Below, piece after piece: positions 63,212 to 64,000 of a stretch of 64,000 bases of DNA. The position numbers and the translations under genes were made by a program. The stretch is taken from the NCBI GenBank assembly GCA_947053645.1, contig CAMRTM010000002.1:64041-128040 (forward strand), read 5' to 3'. Positions within the stretch are counted from its first letter, which is position 1. Each line of letters opens with the position of its first letter. Source of the DNA: an uncultured Bacillota bacterium (GTDB lineage Bacteria > Bacillota > Clostridia > Christensenellales > UBA1242). The notes below the pieces were generated by a model. The model had not been told where the DNA came from. It did no database searches and saw only the letters and a program-made list of their open reading frames with translations.

Positions 63212-63255
63212 ATCTTGTAAAAATGGACTGGCGGACTTTCCGAGTGGTGTGTGTC

Positions 63256-64000
63256 CTAGTAGTTTTCTGGCTCTTCTATATTCCTCTTCAAATCAGTGTA
63301 TCTATTTCTTATTATCGCGTACATTTGTCCTTCATGTTCAAATACATCAAGTACTTCGTTGCTATCATTCTCTTTAAACATTTCGCCAAGTAGCAAAACA
63401 TTCTTCCCAAATTCAAAAGTTTCAGTTGTTGGGGTGGTGTAATCTTTTCCAACAGTGGCACTTTCTGCAAGTATTGACTGCCCAATAGGGTCGGTGCGGT
63501 CACCGTCGCTTCGTGCCTTTGTTTTTATAATGGTTATACCATTATCATTAATGACATAAATTTTAATCTCATTTGTTCCACCTAAACCAGTAACAATTCC
63601 ACCAGATACATTTGTTAAACTTATAAACTGAGGATTTGTTTCTGCTAATGTAGGATTTAATTTTGCAAGAACTTGTTTATCTCTGGTATCTTGGCTTGCA
63701 CTAGGGATATCTATTATATTCGTACCATTATATTTGCTTGTTGGCACGAATGTTCCATTTTTTAAGTTATCTTCACTCATAGGTGTTTTCATTGGTATGC
63801 GAATTAATCGGTACCCATTGTACTCAATGGTGGAACGAGCATCATTATATTTTACAAATGCGTATACATAATATTTACCATCCTCTTCTTTGTAATCAAT
63901 GGCAGAATATTCTTCAATTTCCACGCCAGTGCCAATTACATTTTGTAATGTTGTGCTAACCGCTTTAGTCACTGCAGCGACAATTTCCTCTTTGGTCATA
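63256..64000 (-). CDS. hypothetical protein, possibly truncated by the window edge
   Basis: The ORF is open to the window end. The ATG at 63999-63997 may be the true start or an internal Met. Beta-rich Thr/Asn/Gly composition. Confidence 0.5.
   Translation of the reverse strand, partial: MTKEEIVAAVTKAVSTTLQNVIGTGVEIEEYSAIDYKEEDGKYYVYAFVKYNDARSTIEYNGYRLIRIPMKTPMSEDNLKNGTFVPTSKYNGTNIIDIPSASQDTRDKQVLAKLNPTLAETNPQFISLTNVSGGIVTGLGGTNEIKIYVINDNGITIIKTKARSDGDRTDPIGQSILAESATVGKDYTTPTTETFEFGKNVLLLGEMFKENDSNEVLDVFEHEGQMYAIIRNRYTDLKRNIEEPENY

Noticed and set aside
1-64000. Search for CRISPR arrays, tRNA or rRNA genes, IS elements and integrases
   Set aside because: I found no regularly spaced direct repeats, no cloverleaf-compatible sequences in the intergenic regions, and no transposase- or integrase-like ORFs on either strand.

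Overview
Low-GC Firmicutes chromosome segment from a Clostridia-like endospore former (spoIVA is present). About 75 protein genes are supportable.

Most of the window is housekeeping, in blocks that keep Bacillus-like gene order:
- der-plsY-spoIVA
- rpmB / asp23-yloV
- tlyA, prfB, tsaD
- hrcA-grpE-dnaK-dnaJ ... rsmE-mtaB ... rpsU
- comM-dprA-topA-trmFO-hslVU
- tcdA, trxA, nifSU, ileS, pepF

One RNA gene is clear: a long Bacillus-type SRP RNA at about 42.1-42.4 kb. I found no tRNA or rRNA genes and no CRISPR array.

Regulatory signals readable directly in the sequence:
- the programmed +1 frameshift site of prfB
- a sigmaA-type promoter plus CIRCE operator in front of hrcA
- several rho-independent terminators

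Accessory or unusual content:
1. A 7-kb phage-derived head-gene operon (53.6-60.8 kb). It has a TerS-like ORF, portal, scaffold, capsid, three unknown structural ORFs, a BhlA/UviB-like peptide and a holin. No large terminase, protease, tail, integrase, repressor or endolysin is present in the window.
2. A truncated MuF-barnase toxin with a barstar-like immunity gene and an XRE regulator, wedged between dnaJ/rnhB and rsmE.
3. A GrpE with a 20-cysteine (CxC)n metallothionein-like N-terminus, and two foreign genes between dnaK and dnaJ.
4. A dispersed about 40-nt repeat family (six copies), plus two diverged copies of a small HTH gene, each fused at its stop codon to that repeat.
5. comM interrupted by one in-frame TAA.
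6. IleRS and TrmFO homologues with non-canonical signature motifs.
7. A HEPN(Rx4H)-CBS protein.
8. A large secreted protein with Listeria-Bacteroides-type repeats and GLUG-like motifs.

All functional calls rest on motif and family recognition by eye. No database search was run.
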